Under the pieces are notes generated by a model, which was not told the DNA's origin, made no database searches, and saw nothing but the letters and a program-made list of their open reading frames with translations. Positions 1 through 10,087 of a stretch of 64,000 nucleotides of DNA are shown piece after piece (position 1 is the first letter of the stretch; the number at the start of each line of letters is the position of its first letter). The position numbers and the translations under genes are program-made. Source of the DNA: Candidatus Brocadiaceae bacterium (GTDB lineage Bacteria; Planctomycetota; Brocadiia; SM23-32); NCBI GenBank assembly GCA_012728835.1, contig JAAYEJ010000011.1, positions 50,990 to 114,989 on the forward strand. Direction: 5' to 3'.

Positions 1-3
1 AGG

Positions 4-2484
4 ATGACGATGCACTGGATGGTCTGTGCGGCAGCGGTTGTCTGGCTGATGGCGGCGGGGGCGAGCGAGGACTTGGCCCCCTGGAAATCGAACACGCATC
101 CCTCTGATGCGGCCATGAGCCACGTCGAGGACGTCGCCGGCGCGCGGCACGAGTACGCCATCACCCAGGGCGGGACGATGGACGGCGAGAACTGCCGCCT
201 GCCCTACGGCGTCTGGGAGGGGCTGATCCGGCACTGGGAGTCCAACCGCTCCGTGCGCATCGAGAACGTGGGGCAGACGGACGTCGTCAACCCCTGGCTC
301 TCGAACGCCCGCAACAACTTCCGGAACCTCCAGGAAATCGCCCACGCCCCCCTGGAGCCGGGCATGAGCGACCGGGAGAGGGCGATCGCGATCTGGTACC
401 AGCAGATCACGAACCGCTACCACTGGCAGGGCGACAACAACGAACTGGGGGACCCCGTCCGCGTCTTCAACGTCTACGGGCACAACACCTGCGGGAACGA
501 CAGCATCGCGCTGGCCGGCCTCTGGCAGGCGGCCGGCCTGAGGGTCGCCCCCGCCCGCCCGCTCACGCACTGCATCTCCCAGGTCTTCTTCGACGGCCGC
601 TGGAACCTGCTCGACGGCGACATGCAGGGGTTCTACCTTCTGCGCGACAACGAGACGATCGCCAGCGAACAGGACCTGGTGCATGACCACGACCTGGTCA
701 AACGGACCCACACGGCGGGCATTCTGCACGCGAACTCCCGTTCGCAGGACGAGAGCCAGGCGTCCATCTTCGTCTACGAAGGAGAGGCCAAGGGCACACG
801 CAACAGCCGCCGGGACACGACCATGGACATGACGCTCCGCCCGGGCGAGGCGCTCACCTACCGCTGGGGCCACACCGAGCCGATCAAGTACCACGGCGTC
901 AGCACGCCGCGCTTCCCGACCGCAATACAGAACGGCCTGTGGGAGTATCGGCCGGACCTTTTCGGGGACGTCTGGCGTAGCGGCGCCCGGACGGTCGAGA
1001 GGATCCGGAACACCGCGGACGGCCTGGCCGCCGAGCCGGGAACGGTCGGGACGATCCTCTGGCGTATGGCCGCCCCGTATCCCTTCGTCGGCGGCCGCTA
1101 CGAGGTCGAGGGGAACGACGTGCGGGTGGCGGTCTCGACCGACGGCGAGCAGTGGCGGGACATGACCACGGGGATCCTCGACTACCAGTTCCCGTCCGAG
1201 CACGGGCCATACCACCAGTACTTCCTGCGCTGCCGCCTGGAAGGCGACGCGCGCCTGAAGTCCTTCGCCGTCATCAACGACATCCAGACGGCCCTGCCGG
1301 GCATGCCCGGGATGGTCGTGGGCGAGAACCGGTTCGTCTACACCGACGAGACCCCGGGCGAGCGCCGGGTACGCATCACGCACGGATGGGTCGAGCGCTC
1401 GGCCGGCCACCCGCCCGTCGCTCCCGCCGCCGCCGTCTTCCCCCCCGACGGAGCCGAGGTGAACGGCACGGACATCACCTTCCGCTGGCAGCCCGCCGCG
1501 GACCCGGACGGCGAGGCGATCGCCGACTACCACTGGGAACTGTCCGACCGGCCGGACATGCGCTGGCCGCTCTCGCCGAACTTCCGCAAGCTGATCTCGC
1601 GCACGCCCGACCGCGGCCACGCGCAGTACTCGCTCCCCTGCGTCGGCCTGTTGGCACCCGGACGCCCCTATTACTGGCGCGTGCGTGCACGGAGCGCGCA
1701 GGGTCTCTGGGGGCCCTGGAGCGAGACGTGGAGCTTCGTCAGCCACGCGCCGACGCCGCCGATCGCCGTAGCGCTCGATGTCGACGAGACGACGGGCGTC
1801 GGCACGCTCACGTGGAAGCCGAACCCGTCGGGCAACGCGCCGGCCACCTACCGCGTCTACGGCAGCGACGAGAAGGGCTTCTCGGTCAGCGACGAGCCGT
1901 ATCGCGTCAACCGGGGACAGACCCCGGAGGGGCTCCTGCCGGATCCCTTCCCGGCGAACTTCGTCGCCGAGACCGCCGAGACGCGCATGGCCGTGCTCGG
2001 CCGGGGGCTCGACCTGCCCAACGCGAACCGCGCGTGGTACCGGGTGGTGGCCGTCGACGCGAACGGGAAGCGGAGCTGGTCGTCCGCCTTCGCGGAGGCG
2101 CCGCGTCCGCTGGTCTACACGACCCCCGTGACGTCCGCCCGGGTGGGCACGCCCTACGTCTACCGGGCCGCCGCCGTGCGCTCCCTGGGCGACGCCCGCA
2201 ACCGCGGCCGTGCCGGTATGGGCTACTGGGACATCGAAGAGCCCGCGTTCTCCATCGAACAGGGCCCGGACTGGCTGACCGTCGACCCGGCCACCGGCCT
2301 CCTGACCGGCACGCCCCACACGCCCGGACGGGTGCCGGTCGTCCTGCGCGCCCTCATCGAGCGCGACGTGCCCATCCTCGACGAGGGCGCACTGGCCTGG
2401 GGCAACTACACGGTCACGAGCACCGAGCGGCGCCGGGTCGGCAGCGCCGTTCAGGAGTTCACAATCGACGTGGCGCCGCAGTAG
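4..2484 (+). CDS. Secreted multidomain protein: N-terminal signal peptide, transglutaminase-like core (putative Cys-His-Asp: YGHNTCGND ... THCISQVFFDGRWNLLDGD), then FN3-like and Ig-like domains. Paralog of 4666..7197.
   Basis: ORF 4..2484 is 826 aa. The N-terminus MTMHWMVCAAAVVWLMAAGA is signal-like. Large blocks are shared with the minus-strand ORF 4666..7350 (e.g. ESNRSVRIENVGQTDVVNPWLSNARNNF vs ESNRLVRMENVGTGDVVNPWLSNGRNNF; YRVYGSDEKGFSVSDEPY is identical in both). Confidence 0.6.
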   Translation: MTMHWMVCAAAVVWLMAAGASEDLAPWKSNTHPSDAAMSHVEDVAGARHEYAITQGGTMDGENCRLPYGVWEGLIRHWESNRSVRIENVGQTDVVNPWLSNARNNFRNLQEIAHAPLEPGMSDRERAIAIWYQQITNRYHWQGDNNELGDPVRVFNVYGHNTCGNDSIALAGLWQAAGLRVAPARPLTHCISQVFFDGRWNLLDGDMQGFYLLRDNETIASEQDLVHDHDLVKRTHTAGILHANSRSQDESQASIFVYEGEAKGTRNSRRDTTMDMTLRPGEALTYRWGHTEPIKYHGVSTPRFPTAIQNGLWEYRPDLFGDVWRSGARTVERIRNTADGLAAEPGTVGTILWRMAAPYPFVGGRYEVEGNDVRVAVSTDGEQWRDMTTGILDYQFPSEHGPYHQYFLRCRLEGDARLKSFAVINDIQTALPGMPGMVVGENRFVYTDETPGERRVRITHGWVERSAGHPPVAPAAAVFPPDGAEVNGTDITFRWQPAADPDGEAIADYHWELSDRPDMRWPLSPNFRKLISRTPDRGHAQYSLPCVGLLAPGRPYYWRVRARSAQGLWGPWSETWSFVSHAPTPPIAVALDVDETTGVGTLTWKPNPSGNAPATYRVYGSDEKGFSVSDEPYRVNRGQTPEGLLPDPFPANFVAETAETRMAVLGRGLDLPNANRAWYRVVAVDANGKRSWSSAFAEAPRPLVYTTPVTSARVGTPYVYRAAAVRSLGDARNRGRAGMGYWDIEEPAFSIEQGPDWLTVDPATGLLTGTPHTPGRVPVVLRALIERDVPILDEGALAWGNYTVTSTERRRVGSAVQEFTIDVAPQ

Positions 2485-2613
2485 AATCCGAATGACGGCC
2501 ACGAGGGGTCCAGCCGGCAAGGGGCGCCGGCAGGATGGGCCGGGCACGGTTGGATGACATGGGGCAGTGGAAGGAATCCGGGAGGGGAGGATCCGCACGG
2601 AGGAAACAGGGCG

Positions 2614-4653
2614 ATGCACGGGGCGGGGACGTGGCTTCTGGCGGCGTTGGCGGTGGTGGGGCTCCTTCCCGGCGGGGCGCGATCGGACGTTCGCGCGGCC
2701 GAGGAGCCGGAGATCGTGACGTTCTCCGGGCTGATCGTCGGGCCGGACGGCGCGCCCGTGCCGGACGCCGTTGTGGAGGCCCATCGCCTCGAGTACAGCG
2801 AGGATGAGGGGTTCACGAAGCCCGTCGATGTCCTCCGCGCGGACGCCGGGCGGTTCACATACGCGCTGCCGGCGGTTCCCGGCCGCTGGCCGGCGAGGGT
2901 CTCCTTCTACATCCGGGCCGACGGCCTGGCCCTGTTCCGCCTGGGATGGCTGCGGAACGCCGACGGCGAAGCGACCGTCACGCTGCCCAGAGCCGCGCGG
3001 CTGGCGGGGACGGTTGTGGACGAGGCCGGCAGACCGGTGCCGGGCGCGGAGGTGCGTGCGCTCCTTCAGACCCCGAAGTGCACCCGCAGATCGGACGCGG
3101 ATGATCAACCCCGGATCGAAGGCCTCCCGCCGTTCCGGGGGCTGACGGTGAAGACCGACGCCGACGGCCGATTCGCCTTCGCCAACATCCCGCCCGACGC
3201 CGGGGCGGAACTGATCGTCTCGGCGCCCGGCCTGGCAACGATCCAGACCGGGCCGAATTCGAGGCGTCCCCTCGATTTCCAGTTCGCCGCCGGACAGGAG
3301 GACATCCGGGTCGTGCTGCCGCCCGAGGCGGTCATCCGCGGCGTCGCCGTGGAGGCAGGGACCGGGAAGCCCGTCGAGGGGCTGGTCGTGCTGGTCGCCG
3401 GCCCCGTTCGACTGGGCAGCCGATGCGTCACGGGCCGGGACGGCACGTTCGAACTCACCGGGGTCGGCGTGGGGAAGCTGGCCCTCAGAGTCCCGGTGCC
3501 CCTGCATGACCGGCCCGGATGGGTGGTGCCGTACACGCCCGTGGAGGTGGAGCCCGGGCAGGTCCTCGAGGACTTCAAGATCGTATGCCATCGCGGCGGC
3601 GTCTTGAGCGTGAAGGTCATCGACGCGATCAGCCGCAAGCCGCTCGACTCGGCGAAGGTCACGGGCTACGAGGAGAACCGAAAGGGCTATATCTACGGGA
3701 CGACTCGCGCGGAGGGCGTGCACAACGAGCATCTGCAGCCGGGCGCGTACCGGCTGAAGGTCGAGAAGCTGGGCTATCGCGGCTTCTTCGAGCAGGAGAT
3801 CCAGGTCGAGGCCGCAAAGACCCATCGGCTCGTCGCGGAACTGATGCCGCCTCCCGAGGTCACCGGCATCGTGCTCGACCCGGCGGGCCGGCCGGTCGAG
3901 CACGCATTCGTGCAGATCCACCTGCTGGCAAGCGGGGTCTTCACGGACGAGGAGGGCCGGTTCGAGTTGACGGTCTCCGGGCACACGTGGGAGAGCGACC
4001 ATGAGTTCACCCTCCAGGCCACCCACGAGGAGCGCAAGCTGAGCGCCATCTACGACCTGGTCGGAGGGCCGCAGACGCTTCAAGTGACGATCCATCCGTA
4101 CCGGACGATCCGTGGGCGAATCGTCGACACCAAAGGGCGGCCCGTCCGGCAGGCGCGGGTCAATCTGCACTGGCGGCGCAAGACGCGCACCGGGAAGACG
4201 GATGACGAGGGACGTTACGAATTCGGCGGCCTGCCGCTGCCGTGCCCCGACCGGACGTTCCGCATGGAGGTGCAGGCCGCAGAACACCTTCCCGCCGCCC
4301 GGGACATGCCGATCGCACGGGCCGACGGGGAGCTGGTCGCGCTCGGGGACGTGGTGCTCGAGCTGGTCCCGCCCTCCGTCTCGGGCGTCGTGGTGAACCC
4401 GGCGGGCGAACCGGTCGTCAACGTACTTGTCGAGGCGTACTCCGAGGCGCTCCCCCCCATGGCGGGCCGTACGGACGCACGGGGGCGCTTCACGATCACG
4501 GACCTTCGGGAAGGCAAGGTATGGCTCTACATGCCGGAATGCCCCGCCCGGGATGAGGTCGAGGTCGAAGCGGGCGCGAGGAACGTCCGGCTCGAGTACT
4601 GGGGCGAAGGGCACACGAGACTGCCGATCCGCGGGTCGGGCAGGCTGCCCTGA
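2614..4653 (+). CDS. Secreted protein with at least 6 carboxypeptidase-regulatory-like (CarbopepD_reg) beta-sandwich repeats.
   Basis: ATG at 2614 is preceded by GGAGGAAAC. The N-terminus MHGAGTWLLAALAVVGLLPGGARSD is signal-like. A repeated motif G-x-V/I-V-D-x-x-G-R/K-P-V-x-x-A-x-V occurs at least 6 times (GTVVDEAGRPVPGAEVRA, GIVLDPAGRPVEHAFVQI, GRIVDTKGRPVRQARVNL, GVVVNPAGEPVVNVLVEA, ...). Confidence 0.6.
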   Translation: MHGAGTWLLAALAVVGLLPGGARSDVRAAEEPEIVTFSGLIVGPDGAPVPDAVVEAHRLEYSEDEGFTKPVDVLRADAGRFTYALPAVPGRWPARVSFYIRADGLALFRLGWLRNADGEATVTLPRAARLAGTVVDEAGRPVPGAEVRALLQTPKCTRRSDADDQPRIEGLPPFRGLTVKTDADGRFAFANIPPDAGAELIVSAPGLATIQTGPNSRRPLDFQFAAGQEDIRVVLPPEAVIRGVAVEAGTGKPVEGLVVLVAGPVRLGSRCVTGRDGTFELTGVGVGKLALRVPVPLHDRPGWVVPYTPVEVEPGQVLEDFKIVCHRGGVLSVKVIDAISRKPLDSAKVTGYEENRKGYIYGTTRAEGVHNEHLQPGAYRLKVEKLGYRGFFEQEIQVEAAKTHRLVAELMPPPEVTGIVLDPAGRPVEHAFVQIHLLASGVFTDEEGRFELTVSGHTWESDHEFTLQATHEERKLSAIYDLVGGPQTLQVTIHPYRTIRGRIVDTKGRPVRQARVNLHWRRKTRTGKTDDEGRYEFGGLPLPCPDRTFRMEVQAAEHLPAARDMPIARADGELVALGDVVLELVPPSVSGVVVNPAGEPVVNVLVEAYSEALPPMAGRTDARGRFTITDLREGKVWLYMPECPARDEVEVEAGARNVRLEYWGEGHTRLPIRGSGRLP

Positions 4654-4665
4654 CCGGCCGGGCCG

Positions 4666-7197
4666 TCATTCGCCGATCTCGATGGTGAAGCGCCGGGTGT
4701 CCGTCCCGACGCGTTCCGTGCCGCGCTCGATGACACGTTCGTTTCCCCAGACGAGGACTCCCGGATCGACCGTGCGCACTTGGCGGTCGATGGTGACCGT
4801 CACGACCACGTCCGCTCGGCCGGGAGCGTCGGGCGTGCCGCTCAGCCGGCCGGTGGCCGGGTCGATCGTGAGCCACGCCGGCCCCCGCTCCAGGGCGTAG
4901 ACCGGATGCTCGATGTCCCAGTAGCTCTTGGCCAGCCGGCCCTCGACCCGGTAGCACAGGTCGCCAAGGGAACGGGTCGCGGCGAGATCGCAGGTGTATT
5001 CCCGGCCCACGCGCGCCGTTGTGACGGGCGCGGTGTAGAGGACGGGCCGCGGCGCGGAGGCGTAGTCGGACGGGCCGCTGCGCTTCCCGTTCGCGTCGAC
5101 GGCCACCACGCGGTAGTAGGCCTTGTTGGCCGCCGGCAGGTCCACGCCCTCGCCGAGGACGGCCAGCTCGGTCGCCTCGGTCTCGGCGATGAAGTTGGCC
5201 GGGAAGGGCGAGGTCAGTTCCTTGCTCTCGCCCAGGTGGACGGGATACGGCTCATCGCTGACCGAGAAGCCCTTCTCGTCGCTGCCGTAGACGCGGTATC
5301 TCACCGGCGGGCGGCCGACCGGGTTCGGCTTCCAGGTCAGGACGCCGCGCCGCCCTTCCGCGTCGTAACCGAGTTGCACGTCCAGGGGATACGCGGGGCC
5401 GCGGGCGGTGAAGCTCCACGTCTCGCTCCAGGGCCCCCACACGCCGTGCTCGTCCTTCGCGCGGACCCGCCAGTAGTAGGTCTCGCCCGGCGTCAGCAAC
5501 CCGGGGGCGGGCAGCGTGAACTGCGCTCGGCCCCGGTCGCGCGTGCGCGAGATCAGCCGGTAGAAGTTCGTGGACAACGGCCAGCGGACGTCCAACCGGT
5601 CCGAAAGCTCGAAGTGGTAGTCGACGACGCGGTCGCCGTCGGGGTCCGGCGCGTCCTGCCACCGGAAGACGACGTCCGTGCCGTCCGTCTCGCCGCCCTC
5701 GGCCGGCGCGATGGGGGCCGGCGAGGCGCCCGGCGGACTCGAGGCCGAGCGCTCCACCCACTCGTGCGTGATGCGCACGGCGCGCTCGCCCGGCGTCTGG
5801 TCCGTGTAGACGAACGCGTTTGCACCGACGGCCATGCCGGGCAGCGCCAGGGGTGACATCTGCAGGTCGTTGACCACGGCCAGGCTCCTCAGCCGGGCGT
5901 CGCCGGACAGCGTGCAGCGGAGCCGGTAGCCGTAGCGCGGCGCCCCTCCCTGGGGCGGGAAGAAGGCGTTCAGGTCCGCGCCCTCCACGTCCTGCCAGGT
6001 CTCGCCGTCGAACGACAAGGCGAACCGCGCGCCGTTGCCCTCCGCCTCCAGGCGCCCGCCGACGAACACATAGGGCGCCTTCATCTCCCAGACGATCGTC
6101 CCGTCGCCTCCGGGGCCGGCCGACAGGCCGTTCGGCCCGGCCGCCACGTTGTCCGCAAGGGCCGCCCCGCGCCTCCACAGGTCGCCGGTCAGGTCGGGCC
6201 GGTACTCCCAGAGGCCGTTGCAGAACATGTAGGGGTAGAGGGGCTCGCGCAGGTAACGGTAGCGAAACGGCTCCCGCCGGCCCCATCGCCACACCAGCGC
6301 CTCGCCGGGGCGGAGCGTCATGTCCATGTTCGTCGCGCGTCGGTAGAGGCCGAACGCACGCTCGACCTCCACCTCGTGCGCGAAACAGGCGGCGAAGGAC
6401 TCGCGCAGGGCGCTGTGGTCGCCCAGCAGGATGCCGCTGCTGTGGGCGCGCTTGGCCAGGTCATGGTCGCGGGTGATCTCCGGCGCGTCCGCCACCGTCC
6501 GGTTGTCGCGCAGCAGGAACATCGTGTGCTGGTTCGCGTCCAGGTAGCGCCAGCCGCCGTCGAAAAACACCCGCGAGGTCGTGTGGCCCACGGTGGACCC
6601 GGACCCGTTGACCCGGAGTCCGGCCATGCTCAGCATCTGGGCGAAGTGCGAGGTGTTCGTGCCGCACATGTAGGCCGCGTAGATGTTGTAGATCCTCACG
6701 GGATCGGCGTCTTCGCCGCCCTCGGTCCCGCCGTGGTAGCGGTAACGGCACTCCTGGAACCAGATCGCCATGGCCTTCTCGCGGTCGGTCATGCCGGGCT
6801 CGACGGCGTTGTCAACGATCTCCTGCGGGGTGCGGAAGTTGTTGCGTCCGTTGGACAGCCAGGGGTTGACGACGTCGCCCGTGCCGACGTTCTCCATGCG
6901 CACGAGCCGGTTGGACTCCCAGGTCTGCTCCATCGCGCCTTCGCGGTTCATCCCCACGCTCAGGGGCGAGCGGCAGTTCGTGCCGTCCATCGTGCCGCCC
7001 TGGAGCACGGTGTACTCGTGCCGGCCGGCGCCGACGTCCTCCGAGTGCCGGCGGGGCACGTCGGAGGGATGGGCGTCCGAAGCCCACGGCTCCAGATGAG
7101 CCGCTCCGTCGTCTGCCTTCGCCCACATGCCCCGCCCTCCGCCGATGATCAGGAACGCAACGACCGCCGCCCTCAGAAGCCGCCGATAGGTCGCCAT
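4666..7197 (-). CDS. Secreted transglutaminase-like/FN3/Ig-like multidomain protein, paralog of 4..2484.
   Basis: Met 52 of ORF 4666..7350 (MATYRRLLRAAVVAFLIIGGG...) has a GGAGA RBS upstream, with ATG at 7197. The sequence is collinear with the 4..2484 product. The two genes are divergently arranged around the CarbopepD_reg gene. Confidence 0.6.
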   Translation of the reverse strand: MATYRRLLRAAVVAFLIIGGGRGMWAKADDGAAHLEPWASDAHPSDVPRRHSEDVGAGRHEYTVLQGGTMDGTNCRSPLSVGMNREGAMEQTWESNRLVRMENVGTGDVVNPWLSNGRNNFRTPQEIVDNAVEPGMTDREKAMAIWFQECRYRYHGGTEGGEDADPVRIYNIYAAYMCGTNTSHFAQMLSMAGLRVNGSGSTVGHTTSRVFFDGGWRYLDANQHTMFLLRDNRTVADAPEITRDHDLAKRAHSSGILLGDHSALRESFAACFAHEVEVERAFGLYRRATNMDMTLRPGEALVWRWGRREPFRYRYLREPLYPYMFCNGLWEYRPDLTGDLWRRGAALADNVAAGPNGLSAGPGGDGTIVWEMKAPYVFVGGRLEAEGNGARFALSFDGETWQDVEGADLNAFFPPQGGAPRYGYRLRCTLSGDARLRSLAVVNDLQMSPLALPGMAVGANAFVYTDQTPGERAVRITHEWVERSASSPPGASPAPIAPAEGGETDGTDVVFRWQDAPDPDGDRVVDYHFELSDRLDVRWPLSTNFYRLISRTRDRGRAQFTLPAPGLLTPGETYYWRVRAKDEHGVWGPWSETWSFTARGPAYPLDVQLGYDAEGRRGVLTWKPNPVGRPPVRYRVYGSDEKGFSVSDEPYPVHLGESKELTSPFPANFIAETEATELAVLGEGVDLPAANKAYYRVVAVDANGKRSGPSDYASAPRPVLYTAPVTTARVGREYTCDLAATRSLGDLCYRVEGRLAKSYWDIEHPVYALERGPAWLTIDPATGRLSGTPDAPGRADVVVTVTIDRQVRTVDPGVLVWGNERVIERGTERVGTDTRRFTIEIGE

Positions 7198-7399
7198 CGC
7201 AATCTCCGCTCGTGTGATTCCCGGGAGAGCGCACCGGGACCGGCCATCGTATCCCGCCCCGTCGCACAGCGCAACAAGACGCTCCGACTGCGCCGGTCGC
7301 GAACCGCCGCATGGGGGATGCCGGCGCCGAGTCAAGCCCCCGGGGGACATCCATGATCCAGCCGGAACGCCTTCAGCCGCTGGGCAACCGTGATGATCG

Positions 7400-7789
7400 A
7401 TGAGCGAAGGGAAGTCCGCCAGGCCCCGCGTCGGCGTGAGCGCCTGCCGGCTCGGGCAGAAGGTCCGCTACGACGGCGGGCACAAACAGGACCGCTTTCT
7501 GGCCGACACGTTCGGCCGGTTCGTCGATTGGGTGCCCGTGTGCCCGGAGGTGGAGAGCGGCCTGCCGGTCCCACGCGAATCGATGCACCTGGAGGGCGAC
7601 CCGGCCGCGCCGCGGCTCGTGACGACGCACACGCAGGTCGACCACACCGACAGGATACGGGACTGGACGAGGGGACGGCTGGATGATCTGGCATGCGTCG
7701 GCCTGTGCGGGTTCGTGTCCAAGACGAACTCGCTCAGTTCGGGCATGCACCCGCACCCGCTGGAGCTGAAGCTGCGCAACCACGCATGA
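7400..7789 (+). CDS. DUF523 family protein (TudS-like Fe-S desulfidase family).
   Basis: 129 aa. The N-terminal GVSACRLGQKVRYDGGHK matches the DUF523 signature (VSACLLG..C.YdGG). It is divergent from the 4666..7197 gene. Confidence 0.5.
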   Translation: MSEGKSARPRVGVSACRLGQKVRYDGGHKQDRFLADTFGRFVDWVPVCPEVESGLPVPRESMHLEGDPAAPRLVTTHTQVDHTDRIRDWTRGRLDDLACVGLCGFVSKTNSLSSGMHPHPLELKLRNHA

Positions 7790-7831
7790 CGCCGGCCCGA
7801 CCCACTGAGGCCCCGGCCCGCCGGGCCGGAC

Positions 7832-9265
7832 TCAGGCACCGGCCGGCGGCTGTGCGCCATCCCCTGCGGCAGGCGCCGGCTTCGTGGTGCTGCCCAGGTA
7901 GTCGGGCAGTTCGACGCCCGCCATGCCGGCCACGTCGTGCAGCGGCGGCAGGCTCCGGATGAGGCTGGAGAGGAAGTTGGCCGTGGACGAACCGCCGTCG
8001 CCGCCGGCACCGGCGCTGTCCCAGACGGTGATCTTGTCGATCTTGAGGTTCTTGATGGCCTCGACCTGACGCGCGACGACCTGCTCGATCTTCTCGACCA
8101 TCAAGAGGGTGGCGGCGGCACGCGCGTCGCCGCCGCAGCTCGCGACCATGTCGGCGTAGCCGGCGGCCTTGCTGTCCAGGACCTGCCGGATGCCCTTCGC
8201 CTCGGCTTCGTAGTTCATCAGGACGGCGTCGGCCGCGCCGCGGGCGATGCGCCGCTGCCGTTCGGCCTCGGCCTCGGCCGCGATCTCGACCTTGCGCTTC
8301 TCGATCTCCTCCTTGACGACCACGTCGGCGTTGAGTCGTTCGAGTTCGGCCTGGTACTGGGCCTTCTGGATCTCGACCATGGCCTCGCGTTTGGCGACCT
8401 CGCCGAGCCGCAGGGCGGCCGCTTCCTTGATCGCGAGCTGGGCGTTGACGTCGGCAATGTCCGCCTTGGCGGTGTTCTCGCCGGCGACGGCCTCGGCCTC
8501 CTGGCCCTGCACGTAGATGCGGCGATCGGCGTCGGCCTTCTTGCGCCCCTTGTCCGCCTGGGCTTCGTTCTCCGCCACGCGAATGGTCCTCTCGCGATCG
8601 GCCTCGGACTGGCCGATGGCGCCCATCTTCTCGTTGTCGGCCACGTCGATGCGGGCGCGGTTCACGGCCTCGGAGGCGGCCTTCTTGCCGATGCTCTCGA
8701 TGTACTCGGACTCGTCGGTGATGTCGGTGACGTTCACGTTGATCAGGTAGAGGCCGACCTTGTTGAGTTCCGGCTCGACGTTCTTGCGGATCGACTCCAG
8801 GAAGCTCTCGCGGTCCTGGTTGATCTGCTCGATGGTCAGCGAGGCAACCGTCAGACGGAGCTGGCCGAAGATGATCTCACGCGCCATCTCCTCGATCTCG
8901 CGCAGCCCGAGGTTGAGCAGGCGCTCGGCCGCGTTGCCCATGATGCCCTCCTGCGTGCTGATGGCCACGGTGAAGGTGCTGGGCACGTTGATGCGGATGT
9001 TCTGGAACGACAGGGCATTCTGCAGAGGGATGCCGATCGTCATCGGCGTGAGGCTGAGGAAACCGTAGTCGTGGATCAGAGGCCAGACGAACGCCGCCCC
9101 GCCGTGCAGACACCGGGCCGAGACGCCCGACCCGACCTTGCCGTAGACGACCAGGATCCGGTTGGACGGACACCGCTTGTAGCGCGCCGCCATGACCAGG
9201 AAGACCATCAGGGCGAGGCCGAGCAACGCACCGATACTCACGATAATCATCCCGCCCTCGGGCAT
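7832..9265 (-). CDS. Flotillin-like SPFH/band-7 protein (YqiK/FloA type).
   Basis: 477 aa. It has an N-terminal TM helix, an SPFH domain and a long Ala/Glu-rich coiled-coil (EAQADKGRKKADADRRIYVQGQEAEA...). The true start may instead be Met 6 (9250). It lies immediately downstream of the nfeD-like gene on the same strand. Confidence 0.7.
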   Translation of the reverse strand: MPEGGMIIVSIGALLGLALMVFLVMAARYKRCPSNRILVVYGKVGSGVSARCLHGGAAFVWPLIHDYGFLSLTPMTIGIPLQNALSFQNIRINVPSTFTVAISTQEGIMGNAAERLLNLGLREIEEMAREIIFGQLRLTVASLTIEQINQDRESFLESIRKNVEPELNKVGLYLINVNVTDITDESEYIESIGKKAASEAVNRARIDVADNEKMGAIGQSEADRERTIRVAENEAQADKGRKKADADRRIYVQGQEAEAVAGENTAKADIADVNAQLAIKEAAALRLGEVAKREAMVEIQKAQYQAELERLNADVVVKEEIEKRKVEIAAEAEAERQRRIARGAADAVLMNYEAEAKGIRQVLDSKAAGYADMVASCGGDARAAATLLMVEKIEQVVARQVEAIKNLKIDKITVWDSAGAGGDGGSSTANFLSSLIRSLPPLHDVAGMAGVELPDYLGSTTKPAPAAGDGAQPPAGA

Positions 9266-9291
9266 CTTCGCCTCCTCTGTCTATGCCGCAC

Positions 9292-9930
9292 TCACTGCCG
9301 GCCGTTGGAACCGGCGCCTTCCGCGCCATCCTGCACTCGCTCGACGATCAGTCGGTTGTCGGAGCCGATGCCCACGATCGTCACCCGTTCGCCCGTCGCA
9401 ATCGGCTCGCCGTCGCGTGCGACGGCGTCGACGTGCGTCAATCGCTGCTGCACCACGGCCTGGATCTGCCCCACTCCTGCGCGGGGAATGGTCAGGTAGA
9501 CCGAACCCTGCAGGCCGATCGCGTTGGACAGACGCACGTTGCCGCTGGACTGGAGGCGCAGCAGCAGGGCCACCAGCCGCGCGATCAGCCAGAAGGACGC
9601 CGCCCCGGCCAGGAGTGCCCCGACAATGGACAGGGCCGGGCCCCAGGCCGCCTCCTTGCGGAGCGTCAGCCCCACGAGCCCGAACATCATGATGAAGGCG
9701 GTCACACTCTGGACCGAGAGCATCCGGAAGAACGCGGACGAATCCGCCAGCGCCTCGCCGGCGCCGGCCTCCGCGTCGACCTCGACGTCGAAATCGGCGT
9801 CGACGTCGAGGTCCAGGTCGACATCGGCGTCCCCGCCGCCTCCGCCGAAGGCGAGCAGCGCCATGCGGATCAGGAACAGCCCGCCGCCGAAGGCGGCACA
9901 CGCCAGGAACACCCTGTCGATCGCCATCAT
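9292..9930 (-). CDS. NfeD-like membrane protein (YqiJ-type flotillin partner).
   Basis: Internal start MMAIDRVF is at 9930 with GGGAGA upstream. The protein is 212 aa with TM segments and a C-terminal OB-fold-like region (GERVTIVGIGSDNRLIVERV). The canonical nfeD-flotillin gene pair is present. Confidence 0.6.
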   Translation of the reverse strand: MMAIDRVFLACAAFGGGLFLIRMALLAFGGGGGDADVDLDLDVDADFDVEVDAEAGAGEALADSSAFFRMLSVQSVTAFIMMFGLVGLTLRKEAAWGPALSIVGALLAGAASFWLIARLVALLLRLQSSGNVRLSNAIGLQGSVYLTIPRAGVGQIQAVVQQRLTHVDAVARDGEPIATGERVTIVGIGSDNRLIVERVQDGAEGAGSNGRQ

Positions 9931-10087
9931 CGCCTGTCTCCCTGCAAACGGGCCGATGACCGGATGGCCATCCCGCAGGCATTGTAGCCGTCCCGGCACG
10001 GCCTGCAAGGGGAAAATCGCGCACTCGCTCCTGTATACGCGCGCCGCTGCCCTCGTATTCGGAATCGCCCCGCGCGGGCCGCCTATA

